This document shows positions 22,117-50,719 of a DNA stretch of 64,000 nucleotides, piece by piece. Position 1 is the first letter of the stretch. Every line of letters begins with the position of its first letter. Location of the stretch: assembly GCF_009914755.1 (NCBI RefSeq), contig NC_060933.1; one strand, written 5' to 3'. Below the pieces are notes generated by a model. It was not told where the DNA came from. It searched no databases and was given only the letters and a program-made list of their open reading frames with translations. Source of the stretch: the human T2T-CHM13v2.0 reference genome, Homo sapiens. A program made the position numbers and the translations under genes.

Positions 22117-22740
22117 TTATCCAGGCGCGGTGGCACACATCTGTAGTCTCAGCTACTTGGGAGGCTGAGGCAGAGAATCGCTGGAACCTGGGAGGTGGAG
22201 GTTGCAGTGAGCCGAGTTCACCACTGCACTCCAGCCTGAGTGACAGAGTGAGACTCTGTCTCAAAAATAAATAAATAAATAAATAAATAAACTTATATAT
22301 GTGCAGTTGACAATGGTCTTTTTACGCAGAGCTATACATATAGAAGTTGTTCATGGGGCTGAGCATGATGGCACATGCCTGTAGTCCTAGCCGGGACCCA
22401 GGAGTTCTAGACCAGCCTGGGGAGCCCAGCGAGACCCCATCTCAAAAAAGTTGGGGGGTGTTGATGTAGACCCTAGACTTGAACAGTTTACAGGTGTCAA
22501 ATTGTCTGATTCCAGAATTGCTCTGAATTCTGGCTATGGATAATATGGCATAAATTCAGATGAACTTCTTAGGCACTATGATGAAATTGGACCATATGTG
22601 AAATTTTGGAATTAATTGGAAACCCTTCGTATCCATGAGGTCTTGGGGGTACTGCTCCAGGAGTCCCAGCTATTTAAAAATTTAAAAATTAAAAAAAAAA
22701 AAAAAAAGGCTTGGCATGGTGGCTCAGGCCTATAATCTCA

Positions 22741-23173
<433 letters not shown>

Positions 23174-23729
23174 TTATAATCACACCACTGCATTCCATCT
23201 TGGGCAACAGAAGACTCCATCTCTTAAATGAGAAAGAAATCGCCAGGTGCAGTGGCTCACGCATGTAATCCCAACACTTAGGGAGGCCGAGGTGGGTGGA
23301 CCTCTTGAGGTCAGGAGTTCAAGACCAGCCTGGGCAGCATGGTGAAACCCCATCTCTACTGAAAATACAAACATTAGCTGGGCATGGTGGCAGGCGCCTG
23401 TAATCCCAGCTACTCAGGAGGCTGAGGCAGGAGAATTACTTGAACCCAGGAGGTGGAGGTTGCAGTCAGCCAAGATTGAGACACTGCACTCCAGCCTGGG
23501 CAACAGAGCAAGACTCCGTTTCGAAAAAAGAAAAGAAAGGGCTGGGCACGGTGGCTCACGCCTGTAATCCCAGCTCTCAGAGAGGCAGAGGAGGGAGGAT
23601 AGCTTGAGCCCAGGAGTTCCAGACCTGCCTGGGCAGTATAGCGAGACCCCATTCTCCACAAAAAGGAAAAAACAAAAAAAAAAAAGACAAAGAAAGAAAG
23701 AAAGAAATCTTCGAACTTGGAATGGGAAC

Positions 23730-25200
<1,471 letters not shown>

Positions 25201-25503
25201 ACCCAGGCATCTTAGGTTACTAGAACATAAGATAATGGTAAACCCTACACATCTAAAACCACTCTGGGCTGGACATAGGAGACTGAGGCAGGAGGAGCAC
25301 TTCAGCCCAGGATTTTGAGGCTTCATTGAGCTATGATTTTGACAATGCACTCCAGCTTGGGTGACTGAGCAAGACCCTGTCTTAAAAATAAATAAATAAA
25401 AATAAAGGCTAGGCTCACGCATGTAATCCCAGCACTTTGGGAGGCCAAGGTGGGTGGATCACTTGAGGTCAGGAGTTCAAGACCAGCCTGGCCAATATGG
25501 CTA

Positions 25504-25710
<207 letters not shown>

Positions 25711-26213
25711 TCAATAAATTTTTTTGACACATTAGGTAGGAACACGTAAATGGTAATATTTTTGATAAATTAAGGAAGGCTGAGTGTGGACAGGTTTGAG
25801 GGGGATGTCCAGAGCTTGCTTCATAGCAAAAGCTTACTCTCCGAAGGAAGGGACTGTGCCAGAGCTTTATCCCAGCTGAGGAATGGAATGCCTCGTACTC
25901 TAGCCTCCTCCAGCCTTCTTGTCTTACATAATGAAGGAACAATAAAAGAAAACAGAATAAACGGGTCAGGGCTGAGAGGAAATCAACCAGCGACTCTGCA
26001 GCCAGAGAACACAGGACAGAAGAGAAAGGAACTATATCACTGGAAAAACAATTGTGAAGTTCATAGCCCAAGACAGAGGGCTGTGAAAACACCAGTATTT
26101 AATCGGAACATTATAGAACACACCCTGTTTCCAAAACTTAACTACAGCACCAGCAGGGCTTTCATAGTAACAACTGAAGGTGCTGCAATACACAGACTGC
26201 CCCTGAGGAAGAG

Positions 26214-26950
<737 letters not shown>

Positions 26951-28614
26951 TAATATGTACACCATGGAATATTATGCAGCCATAAAAAAGAATGAGTTCA
27001 TGTCCTTGCAGAGACATGGATGAAAAAGGCGAAAACTAGTCAGGTGTGGTGGCATGTGCCTGTGGTCCCTGAAACTGGAGAGGCTGAGGTGGGAGGATTG
27101 CTTGAGCCACAATCACACTACTGCACTTTAGCCTAGTGATGGAGCAAGACGGAGGCTGGTCTTGAACTCCTGGGCTCAAGCAGTCTGCCCACCTGGGCCT
27201 CCTAAAGTGGCTGGGATTACAGGCATGTGCCACCACGCCCAGCTAATTTTGTATTTTTAGTAGAGACGGGGTTTCTCCATGTTAGTCAGGCTGGTCTCGA
27301 ACTCCCAACCTCAGGTGATCCGCCAGCCTCGGCCTCCTTTAAGTGCTGGGATTACAGGTGTGAGCCACTGCATCCGGCCTTATTTTTGTATTTTTAGTAG
27401 AGACAGGGTTTCAGCATGTTGGCCAGGCTGGTCTCAAACTCCTGACCTCAAGTGATCTGCCTGCTTCAGCCTCCCAGAGTGTTGGGATTACAGGCGTGAG
27501 CCACCGCACCCAGCCAGAAGTGAAGTTTCTATATGAATGTCAATGTTATTGCACTAGGTTTAATGCCATGCTGTGACCTCTCAGATTCTTTTACTAAAGA
27601 TGAGATATGACATATGCAGATTCTGGATTCCTAATAAAACAGCCAAGCAGGACTAGCTCCCAGGTGATACTTTCTTTCCCAAGAGAAGCAGAATTATAAA
27701 GGATTTAGATGCAAGGTTGGTACCTTAATATTCTTTCCTGGCTGGCTAAGTGTGAAGTGGGGAAGGAGGGAATGGAGGGATACAGGGGCCCTGTCCAAAA
27801 ATATCACTTCCCACTATAAGCTAATTAAAGATACATTTGTGTTAACTAGTTTCTCCTTTGAAAGCAATTACTGCCATGCCAAGCCTCATTAACAACTCAG
27901 TATGACTTCCTTTAAAGAGAAAATCCACTCAGCTCTTAACTGGCCCTGTGAGTGTCCAGCTAGAGTCCTTGGATTTATCGAAGAGCAAATTTATGAAGTA
28001 GATACTTCTTCGTTTATTACAATTAAAGAGGAAAGGCAGATTCGAAAAGATAACTGTGGTCACAGGTGGTAGAGAAAATGCACTAGAGGAGGACCTGCCT
28101 TCAAGTATCTCATTGACCAGCACAGGATTGTGAAAGGACAGAAAGCCAAAGACTGATTCAAAGCCCAGAGGCCACTAATTTACTGTTAAGGACACACGGG
28201 CAATGTGCATAGAGCATTTGCTTCCACACCTGGCTATTATTTTGTGTGTTTGTGTGTGTGTGTATCAGGATTTTAATGTACAGCTGGCCGGTGACTCAAC
28301 ACAACCCCATGGCTCTGAACTGTCTCATTCAAATTGTAAGTTTCACGCATAAATAATAGGTACTGCTCTTTCTATAGATCCAATAGAAAATACTCTTTTT
28401 TTGGTTCTAGCTCTTTTCCTTGAAACTTTATTTATATTTAAATTTTTTACCCCCAGGCCTGGTGGCTCATGTCTGTGATCCCAGCACTTTGGGAGGCCAA
28501 GGCGGGCAGATTACCTGAGGCTTGGAGTTCGAGACCAGCCTGACCAACATGGTGAAACCCCCGTCTCTACTAAAAATACAAAAACTAGCCGGGCATGGTG
28601 GTGGGCATCTGTAA

Positions 28615-29073
<459 letters not shown>

Positions 29074-30239
29074 TGATCATAGCTTATTGTAGCCTCTGAC
29101 TCCTAGGCTCAAAAGATATTCCCATTTCAGCCTTCCAAGTAGCTGGAAATACAGGCACATGCCACCACTCCCAGCTTTGAAGTGTGTTGTTGTTGTTTTT
29201 AATAAAACTTTTTTTTAATGCAATGGATTTTTTTAGTTTTGTTTTGTTTTGAGACTGGGTCTTGCTCCATTGCCCAAGCTGGAGTGCCGTGGTGCGATCT
29301 TGGTTCACCACAACCTTGCCTTCCCGGAATCAAGCAATCCTCCCGCCTCAGCAGCACCTGCCCTCCCCACTGGGAAGCTAGGACTACAGGTGCTCACCAC
29401 CATGCCCAGCTAATTTTTATATTTTTTGTAGAGATGGAGTTTCACCATGTTCCCCAGGCTGGTCTCGAACTCCTGGCCTCAAGCAGTCAGCCCCCGTTGA
29501 CCTCCCAAAGTGCTGGGATGACAGGTGTGAGCCACTGCACCTGGCCCAATGTGTTTTTTAATGGAAAAAAAAATCGCACAGAAGACATTCATGCCCTGGC
29601 CAAGTCAGGGGGCTACCCCAAGTAAATCGTGATTTGCTGTGGGAATGGGAGCTGGATCTCAGTCCTGACCAAGATCCCTATGGATGAGTCCCGGCTCTGC
29701 CACTTACTGAAAATGTACATTGTAGCAGTTTACTTAACTTTATTCTGCCTCTGTTTCTCATTTGTAAAATACAGTCATTGTGAGTTTTGAATAAGTCATC
29801 ATTTCCTTCCCTTCTTCTTCTTATACTACCAGAGTGTTAGTCTTTGCAAACCCAAATATTTAAAGAGACTGCTATTTTTATTTGCTTTTATCACAATGTT
29901 CCTAACTTGGGTAAATCAACATGATGCAATAAGATCAAGACCTCTTTGGTCGTTTACTGGGCTGAAATCTTGTAATAAATGCTCACAAGATATCAAATGG
30001 CAAAAACTATATCATTCAAAAGATGTGAGTATTATAAATCCAGAGTAATGTCTGGTACAGAATAAGAGAATTGGGGGGTACTTTAGCCACCCCCTAATCT
30101 CTGATACATATCTTTATATTAAATATCATGGATGGGCTGATTTGATGCCAGTCCCCTAGGTATTGAGCAAGTTGTGTAACCTCCGCAAACTCCTCCTGCA
30201 AGATCCAGGTCAGGAGCAGCCACTCAGACCCTAGGCTGA

Positions 30240-30904
<665 letters not shown>

Positions 30905-31124
30905 TGATCCGCCCGCCTCGGCCTCCCAAAGTGCTGTGATTACAGGTTCCCACCACCACGCCCAGCTAATTTTTTTTGTATTTTTAGTAGAGACGGGGTT
31001 TCACCGTGTTAGCCAGGATGGTCTCGATCTCCTGACCTCGTGATCCGCCCGCCTTGGCCTCCCAAAGTGCTGGGATTACAGGTGCGAGCTACTGCGCCCG
31101 GCCTTTTTTTTTTTGTTTTTTTGA

Positions 31125-31283
<159 letters not shown>

Positions 31284-31800
31284 TAGTAGAGACGGGGTTT
31301 CTCCATGTTGGTCAGGCTGGTCTTGAACTACCGACCTCAGGTGATCTGCCCACCTCAGCCTCCCAAAGTGCTCAGATTACAAGCATGAGCCACCACGCCT
31401 GGCCTGGGGTTGTAGTTTTCTAGCTTCTGTATTTACAGATAGGTCAAGAAGAAAGTTGGGACTCTTAAGTCAGAATAAGTTAATATGGCTATACATTTAA
31501 ATGCTAATAATTCAATCATTTTAAAAAGGAGAGATTGATCAGGCATAGTGGCTCATGCCTGTAATCCCAGCACTTTGAGAGTTTGAGGCAGGACAGCTGC
31601 TGGATACCAGGAGTTGGAGACCAGCCTGGGCAATATAGCAAGACCCCATCTCTACAAAAAAGAAAAAGTTGGCTTGGTGCGGTGGCTCATGCCTGTAATC
31701 CCATCACTTTGGGAGGCCAAGGTGGGCCGATTGGGCGGATTGCCTGAGGTCAGGAAGTCAAGGCCAGCCTGGCCAACGTGGCTAAACCCTGTCTCTACTA

Positions 31801-32064
<264 letters not shown>

Positions 32065-32090
32065 TCAGGAGATGGAGACCATCCTTGCTA

Positions 32091-32348
<258 letters not shown>

Positions 32349-32513
32349 TCACTTGAGCTCAGGAGTTCAAGGGTGCAGTGAGCTATGATTGTACCACTGC
32401 ACTCTAGCCTGGGCAACAGTGAGACTCTGTCTCTTCAAAAAAAAAAAATAGGCTAGGCATGGTGGCTCATGCCTGTAATCCTAGCACTTTGGGAGGCCAA
32501 GGCAGGCAAATTA

Positions 32514-32769
<256 letters not shown>

Positions 32770-33309
32770 TCACTCTGTCGCCCAGGCTGGAATGCAGTGG
32801 TGTGTTCTTGGCTCACTGCAACCTCCACCTCCCGGGTTCGAGCAATTCTGTGTCAGCACCCCCTAGTAGCTGGGATTACAGGCACGTGCCACCACACCCA
32901 GCTATATTTTGTACTTTTAGTAGAGACGGGGTTTCAACATGTTGGCCAGGCTGGTCTCGAACTCATGACCTCAGGTGATCCGCCTGCCTCGGCCTCCTAA
33001 CATGCTGGGATTACAGGCATGAGCCACCATACCCGGCCAAAATTAAGTTTTAAAATATATATAATTAAGCCTAATATTAGTGGGGGGAGGGGATCACGGT
33101 GGAGGAATACACTCCCGAAAAATTTTTTAAAACAAAAATATTGAAAGGAACAGCTGTGAGTTGGTAGCCAAATTTCTTAAGGTGTTGCTTAGTTAGGCAA
33201 GGCTTAAAAAAGACAAATAAAAATTTAACAATGAAGATATTACATGAGAGGTCACATAGATGGCACACCCTGCCCTCTATGCCTAAATTCTCATATGAGT
33301 TGCATTTCC

Positions 33310-34956
<1,647 letters not shown>

Positions 34957-36342
34957 TCAGGAGGCTGAGACAGGAGAATGCTTGAACCTGGGAGGCGGAG
35001 GTTGCAGTGAGCCAAGATAGTGCCACTGCCCTCCAGCCTGGGCAACAGAGTGAGACTCCGTCTAAAACAAAACAAAACAAAAAACAGTTACTTGATATTA
35101 GTAAAATGCAATGAAGACCCTTACTGCTACTTACAGGTGAATGATCAAAGGTCATTCCTGAGATGTGAGTCTAACAAATGGGAGGGTTTTGGCCACCATA
35201 ATGGAAACAGGGCTGTCCGTGAAGAGTGGGTCCAGGGTGTAGGAAGCTGACTAGCTCCAGAAAGGTGAGCTTGGGGGTTGGTGGGAGCATCGAAGGGGAA
35301 GGACAGAGCAGGCCAGTTGCTCCTGTGTGGTGGAGGTCAGAGGTCAGGTTGAGGGATCTGAGCTCCAGAGCTATCTCCAGGGGTTGGGTGAGGGGAAGTG
35401 AGTTAGCATACAGTGTTCAAGCAGGCTGTTTGGGAAAGGATTCAACCACACAGATCCAACCAAACCTTGAGGGTCACCTATACTTGAGCGAGAGCAAAGC
35501 TCCTTAAGGAAGCAAAGAAGTCTTGAGAGAGAGGAGGCAGGGCAGCATAGAGTCCTGGAGACCAAAGAGGAGAAAATGTCATAAATGGGGTGGGGACACT
35601 GTGACCAGACAACCCGGTGAGGTCAGAGGGAAGGGAAACAGGAAAAGACTGCATGGAATGTGTGCGCAGGAGATCCCTGTGACCTCTGAGGTAACAATTA
35701 ACCCCAGGTCAGCCCATTTGTGCAAGGCTACAGAGTGAATGACAAGGAAGGAATGCACCCGATTCCAATCACTGCTTATGATGGCCAGTGATTAAAGATG
35801 GGAGGAAATCCCACAGTGGCTCAAGGGAACAGGAACAAGTTTTCAGAATGGTCAGACTTTGCCCCCCTTGTGGCATTGGGCAAAACACTTAAGTGGGTCA
35901 CCTCACTGAGGCCTTTCCCTTCCACATGGAGTTTCCTGGCTTTGCTGGCCATGGTGGTGTAATCCAGCACTGCCTGGACAGAGCTTTACACCAACAGGTA
36001 TCAGAGTCAATTCCAAAGTTCACTCAGTGACCAGCTTGTGAAAAGAGCAAATAAACCATGGGTGTTTTATCTCAAATGCCATTATCTCTGCAAAAATGAC
36101 CTCTGGAATAGCACATAGAACATCCTCTATGCATTTTAGAAAGTGAGTGCATTGGATATAAAGACAGTGCAATGGCCAGGCACAGTGGCTGACACCTGTA
36201 ATCCCACCACTTTAGGAGGCCGAGGTGGGTAGATCACCTGAGGTCAGGAGTTCGAGACCAGCCTGGCCAATATGGTGAAACCCCTGTCTCTACAAAAATA
36301 CAAAAAATTAGCTGGGCATGATGGCGGGTGTCCTTAATCTCA

Positions 36343-36621
<279 letters not shown>

Positions 36622-37020
36622 TCATCTTAGGGTCTCCAGCTGAGTCCCTGTAAACTAGTCTGGCAAAAGACAGATTAGCATGAGTAAAGCAAACAGAAGT
36701 TCACTAACTTGTGCATCTTGCATGTATACGTGGAAACACCCATATGAGTAACCCCAAGGGCTGGTTAGAACTGGGACTGATATAACATCTCAGACTAAAC
36801 AGAAGAAAAGGAGTTTTGGGTTTCTGGGAATGGGGAGGCAAGTAGTGGGGAGATGACCAGAGAAAGTATAGTAAACAATGCTTGTTTAGTAAGATTTGTT
36901 CTGCAGATTTGAGTCAGTGCCTTTCCAATGGACAAGATTTGTTAAGAGTCTTCCTCTGGCTGGGTGCGGTGGCTGACGCCTGTAATCCCAGCACTTTGGG
37001 AGGCTGAGGCGGGCAGATCA

Positions 37021-37282
<262 letters not shown>

Positions 37283-37285
37283 TCA

Positions 37286-37628
<343 letters not shown>

Positions 37629-37813
37629 TCAAGCCTGTAATCCCAACACTTTGGGGAGGCCATAGCAGGCAGATAGGTTGAGCCCAGGAGTTTAAGACCA
37701 GTCTGGGCAACATGGCAAAACCCTGTCTCTATTAAAAAAAGAAAGAAAGAAAGAAAAAAAAAGCAGTTGTGACTAGATAGCCTTTTCTCAAAGGTGGTTG
37801 CCCAGCCTCCTGA

Positions 37814-38092
<279 letters not shown>

Positions 38093-38842
38093 TGAGATTA
38101 CAGGCATGAGCCACTGCGCCCAGCCTTATTATTATATTATAATTATATAAATATTATATTTTAATTATATTAATGTTATATTAATATTACATTGTATTTA
38201 TATATAATATAAATATTATATTTAACAATATAAAATATACATTATGTATTTTATTATTTTATTATAAAATAAAAAATAGCCGGCATGGTGGCAGGCACCT
38301 GTAGTCCCAGCTACTCAGGAGCCTGAGGCAAGAGGATTGCTTGAGCCCAAAAGTTGGAGGCTGCAATGAGCTACAAGCACATGTCACTGCACTGCAGCAT
38401 GGGTGAGAGTGAGACCTGTCTGTAACAACAAAAAAAAGTTTTATAGCTCCCCTCTATATGAGACGGGGGTTTGTGGACTGGAGTTTTGTTAATTTATTTA
38501 CCTACCCTTTATTTTAACATATATAAAAGTGCTTAGAACAGTGAATGCCTAGTGCATGTAAATACTATCAACTCTTATTATTATTCCCCTCTTCTACCTA
38601 GTAGAATTCTTTTAGTTTCGCCCTTGGCAATCGCGTTCCCAAACAGTATCCCTCAATTGCTGTTCCAACTGAGGCACTCAGAAGGATAGCTTGTTTTTGT
38701 GTTTTGGGTGGAAGTGGGGAGAGGGGAGAAGCCTTTGGTCTGATACAGGAAATCCCACCTGAATGCTGCCATCTAATGGTCACATTAAAAAATTAGATGC
38801 GCCCTAACAAACTAATCTAGTGTTTTCCCTCAGCAAAGAGCA

Positions 38843-41024
<2,182 letters not shown>

Positions 41025-41044
41025 AAAGAGCATTTTAACACAAG

Positions 41045-41385
41045 CCTCCAGGGTTCCCGGACACCCCACTCTGTCCCCACGGATACCAAAATCTGCGCGT
41101 ATCCGCGCATGTTCAAGTCCCTAATATATTCTGGTGCATATACTATGGTGTCAAATTTGTATGTAACCTATGTACATCCTTCCAAATATTCTAAATCTCT
41201 AGGTTATTTATAATACCTTAATACAATGTAAGTGCTATTTAAATGGTTGTTATACTGTGTTTTTTATTTGTATAATTTTTATTGTTGTATTATTGCTTTT
41301 TATTATTTGTTTTTTTCTGAACATTTTTGATCTGCAGTTGGTTGGATCTAGGATGTAAACTGCAAGTGTGGCAGGCCGACTGCAC
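41045..41385 (+). mobile_element. MER2 (Tigger) DNA transposon
   Basis: GGATACCAAAATC...TTCAAGTCCCT...TATAATACCTTAATACAATGTAAGTGCTAT...GGTTGGATC...GGCCGACTG. Confidence 0.75.
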
Positions 41386-42004
41386 TGTTTTGTTACTAGA
41401 GGGAGTGAGAACACACCTGTGGACTTGAGCACCTTCCATTCACCAGTTGCTCCATGGGCATACTCTAATTCAGGTCTCCCCACAACCCTCTGAGTTAATA
41501 TTTCTCTCCCCATTTTAAAGATGAGAAAATAAAGCCTAGACAGTTTAACTTGGCTTCTGTTTTGAAACTAGCTGAGAGATGAATTAGGCTTTGATCCATG
41601 TCTATCAGCTTCAACCTTCATGCTTTTTCTTCTGTACCCCAGTGCCTGTTAAATTTTGGAAATCCCAGAAACAGCCCACAAACTTGGGTTAATCTTAGAG
41701 ATTTTGACAATGTCCTTTGAGAACCAGTGCACTACAGAAACACAAAACCCTTTGCATATTGTCATTGAATAAATTGTACCATTGAGACCTGAACCAAGAG
41801 TTTTAGATATGTAAGTTAGAAACAGTAGATACTAGGTGTAGTCGGTGCAAAAGTAATTGTGGTTTTTGACATTGAAAGTAGTGGCAGCTGGGTGCAGTGG
41901 CTCACGCCTGTAATCCCAGCACTTTGGGAGGCCGAGGTGGGCGGATCATCTGAGGTCGAGTTCGAGACCAGCCTGACCAACATGGAGAAACCCCCTCTCT
42001 ACTA

Positions 42005-42326
<322 letters not shown>

Positions 42327-42462
42327 TCAAAACAAAAACAAAAACAAACAAACAAAAAAATCTAATTTTAAAATAAGCTTGCTCTCAATGGTATTTTTTT
42401 TAAGTGGTAAAGAAAAGGAAACTAAAAAAATAACAAAAATCTCGAAGCTCCAGTCAATCTAA

Positions 42463-42657
<195 letters not shown>

Positions 42658-42803
42658 TGAGACGGAGTCTCACTCTGTCGTCCAGGCTGGAGTGCAGTGG
42701 TGCGATCTTGGCTCACCTCTGCCTCCCAAGTTCTGCCTCAGCCTCCAGAGTAGCTGGGATTACAGGCATGCACCATTACGCCTGGCTAATTTTTGTATTT
42801 TGA

Positions 42804-42965
<162 letters not shown>

Positions 42966-43439
42966 TAGTTTATTTCAGATTTTTACCAATACAAGATAAT
43001 GCAGGAATAAACAGCTGCATACATAAACCTAACACATATTTCTGTGTTCACATTCAGAGAAAAACAGCAGTGAAACAAAAAGTGGCTTTAATCAAAACGG
43101 TCTTGAAGAAAACCAAGCATACAGGAAAAGACTTAAGAGAAAAATAACAAATAATCAAGCAGACTAAGCAGGGCCAGACTTAGGTGGTGGGAGGTGGAGT
43201 TTGCAGTGAGCCAATATCACGCCACTGCACTCCAGCCTGAGTGACAGAGCGAGACTCTGTGTCAGAAAAAAAAGTAGACTAAGCAGTAAAGTTGCCCAAT
43301 AATTAATCCTCTTGCCCTAAATGTTCCAATTAAAGTTACATTGACAGAAATTGTTTTCTCAGAGACTGGGCTCTGGCTCTTCCTGTGTGCCATCATGGCA
43401 AAGTTGGAAGGAATCAGGATGTAATACAAGAATGGCAAG

Positions 43440-44050
<611 letters not shown>

Positions 44051-44984
44051 GGCAAAGGAAATGATCAGAAATCCAAGTAATGTTTCCAGACAGGCTCGCA
44101 AATCTTAGGCAGAGCTAAGATTGAGGTGAAGCAGAGAGGCTAAACTAGACACGGTAGCCTGTAAAGTCTGGGCTGTGCAGTTGGGTAGATCAGCGTTGGA
44201 GTCTCAGATCTGCCAATTATAGGAATTATTAACTTGGGCCAGACATTTAAACTCCTTGACCTTCATTTTTCCACATTTCCTCATCTTAAAATGCAGAATG
44301 ATAATGAATCTTCCTCAAAGTTGTTAGAAGGATTAAATGTGATATGGGATAGCTTCCATGCAGAGTAAAGTGGACGGCATGGAGTGGGTGTTCAGTAACT
44401 GACAGCTATTAACAGGAAACACAGTTTTATCTAATTAGGGTAGAAGAGGCACTGTGGTTTGGCCTCAGAGGCTGAAACTAGATAGACCTCAATCCCAAAG
44501 CTCACAAAGGGGATGCAGGTGACAGTGGTGAGGGTCAGACCATGGGAAGCTAGGTCTCAGAAACCAGGGTGACCCATGAGGCCCATGAAGGGTGAGGGGA
44601 CACAGGGGAGCACAGCCATGAGTTGAGTCCAAAAAGTAGGTCCTCAACAGAAACTCCTCTAATTCCTTTGATTCCCCCAAAAAGCCCCTAGACCTGTACA
44701 GCTTTTACTTAGCTCCTTTTGTAGGCATTTCCCTCTCTCCTCCAACTATGTTTGCCTAGGTTATGTTTCATGTTGACCAAACTTTCAATGTTTACTTTCT
44801 GCTTCCTGAATAGTATAGTCTTATTCCAGAAAGAGAATATAAGTCTTTTGTTTTCCTGGGAGGAGTGAGAGGAATCTAAATTCCTTCAGAAAAATATGGC
44901 AGCTCTCTTGATCATCTCATCATATCAAATTTATCCCCACACTCCCAGGATCCTACCTTTTCATTTACTTTATTTTATTTTTAA

Positions 44985-45379
<395 letters not shown>

Positions 45380-45893
45380 TGATCCTCCCACCTCAGCCTT
45401 CTGGGTAGCTGGGACTGCAGGCACACACCACCACGCCTGGCTAATATTTTTTATTTTATTTTTTGTAGAGACAGGGTCTCCCTATGTTGCGCAGCCTAGT
45501 CTCAAACTCATGGACTCAGGCAATCTTCCCACCTCAGCCTCCCCAGCTGTTAGGATTACAGTCATGAGCCACCACACCCAGCCTGATGCTACCTTTTAAA
45601 TGCTTTGTGAATCTATACACTTCTTTAGACTTCACTATCATCACTATTATTCAAAATGCCTTCATCTTTTGCTAGACTCTCTGTCATCTCACTGGAGTCT
45701 TCATTTCCACTTGTGCCCATGCCCATTCTCCATTTTCAGCTAAGTAATACTGCATTATAAAACCCAACATTTGGCCGGGCATAGTGGCTCACACCTGTAA
45801 TCCCAGCACTTTGGGAAGCCGAGGCGGGTGGATCACTTGAGGTCAGGAGTTCGAGACCAGCCTGATCAACGTGGAGAAACCCCGCTTCTACTA

Positions 45894-46052
<159 letters not shown>

Positions 46053-46125
46053 TCAAACAAAACAAAACAAACAAAAAAACATAATTTAAGCACATCTCCC
46101 CCTGGCTTAAAAAATTTCTAATAAT

Positions 46126-47090
<965 letters not shown>

Positions 47091-47788
47091 TGAGTAGCTG
47101 GGACTACAGGCGTGAGCCACCATGCCTGGCTAATTTTTTTGTACTTTTAGTAGAGACAGGGTTTCACCATATTGGTCAGGCTAGTCTCGGACTCCTGACC
47201 TCAGGTGAACCACCCACCTGGCCCTCCCAAAGTGCTGGGATTACAGGCATCAGCCACTGTGCCCGGCCAATGTCACAATTCTTTAACATTGCCCACAAAG
47301 TCCTATATGATGTGGCCAGACTCATCTTGGCAACTCTCCTCTTTGCTCAGAATGCTGCAACAGCACCAACCTTTTTCCAATTCCTGTAAGTTTTCGAGCT
47401 CTGTTCAATCTCAGGACCTTTGCACATTACATTCCCTCTGCCCACAAGGCTCACTTCACAACTTTTCACCTAGCCAGTTCCTCCTTCAGTTCTCTCACTA
47501 ATTTGTAACTTATTCATTGAAACCTACCCAAATCTTCCAAATTAGGTTATGTCTTTCTGTTTTACACTTTTATAACACCCTGTACTTTGTCACAGCTGCA
47601 CTTATGACAATTCTAATTAAATAACAGTTGCTTGGCCATGTGTGGTGGCTCATGCCTATCACTTTAGGAGGCCCGGGTGGGTCACTTGAGCCCAGGAGGT
47701 CAAGGGTGCAGTGAGCCATGACTGGCACCACTGCACTCCAGACGGAGCAACAGAACCATACCCTTTCTTAAAAAGAAAAAGATAGGTT

Positions 47789-47930
47789 GCTTCATTATTC
47801 TCGAAAATCTAGCTCTTTAATTGACTTCATTATTCTTCATTATTATTCACTAATTATTGACTTCATTATTCTTCACTGTTCTTTAATTGGCTTCATTATT
47901 CTCGAAAATCTAGCTCTTTAATTGCTTCAT
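47789..47930. repeat. Complex mosaic tandem duplication
   Basis: 35-bp GCTTCATTATTCTCGAAAATCTAGCTCTTTAATTG at 47789 and 47890, with two TTGACTTCATTATTCTTCA sub-copies between them. Confidence 0.88.
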
Positions 47931-48359
47931 AAGTCCAAGAACTTACGTTCAAAGGTATAAATCAAGCGCACAGCACAGTTTAAGGCACATAGTGGGGACC
48001 TGGTAAATAATGAATGTCCATAATTACCCATATTGCATAGTCAATCATATCTATGTGTATATGCACATGTGAACACTAAAAGATACAAAACTAGAACAAA
48101 AAAAATTAGCTGATTTCCTGCATTCTCCCTGGAAGTTGGGGGTTGTTCTTTGCCTACTTAGCTAGTGGGAGAGGGACCCAACAGCTAAGAGACTAATTAC
48201 AGTAAATCTTCTCCAAGTCTGACCCTGAAAAAAACGGCCTATCCATATAAAAAGAACTTGTCAACTAAAAAGGATAAGGAAAATCAGTCTGACTTTGGCT
48301 ATCTCCCTATCAAAATTCAATTACCAACATGGTGAAACCCTGACTCTATTAAAAATTCA

Positions 48360-48605
<246 letters not shown>

Positions 48606-48776
48606 TCAAACATCTATTTCCAGTTATGATGGGCTGGTTTATTCAACCAATGTGCCCATTGATAATAACTAAAGGTGCTGAACAGGCCGGGCACAATGGC
48701 TCGTGCCTGTAATCCGAGCACTTTGGGAGGCCAAGGCTGGCGGATCACCTGAGGTCAGGAATTTAGGACTAGCCTA

Positions 48777-49133
<357 letters not shown>

Positions 49134-49468
49134 CTATTCTTGCCCTGAGGATATTTGCTAGTCAGGCAACATCTAGTTCTGTTTTTAGTAGCCTCACAGG
49201 GCATGGAAACAGCATCCAACGTCTAGGGCTTTCCATGGTAAAAATGCTACTAGGTGACCCTTCCCATATTAAGTTGGGACACCATAGGCTATGCCCTAAG
49301 AGTGAAGGTGGACCAGCATCTCAGAACATTGGGAAAGGTTGCTTTTGCATTGACTATAATGGGAGTGGGGAGGAGGCAAAGCAAAATTTTTAAAATCCCA
49401 TCTTTGGCCGGGTGCGGTGGCTCATGCCTGTAATCCCAGCACTTTAGGAGGCCGAGGTGGGCGGATCA

Positions 49469-49885
<417 letters not shown>

Positions 49886-49902
49886 TCACAAATACTTTTT
49901 CA

Positions 49903-50719
<817 letters not shown>

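Noticed and set aside
38126-38275. AT-rich quasi-palindromic stretch
   Set aside because: Low-complexity sequence between Alu ends, most simply expanded Alu tail or linker.
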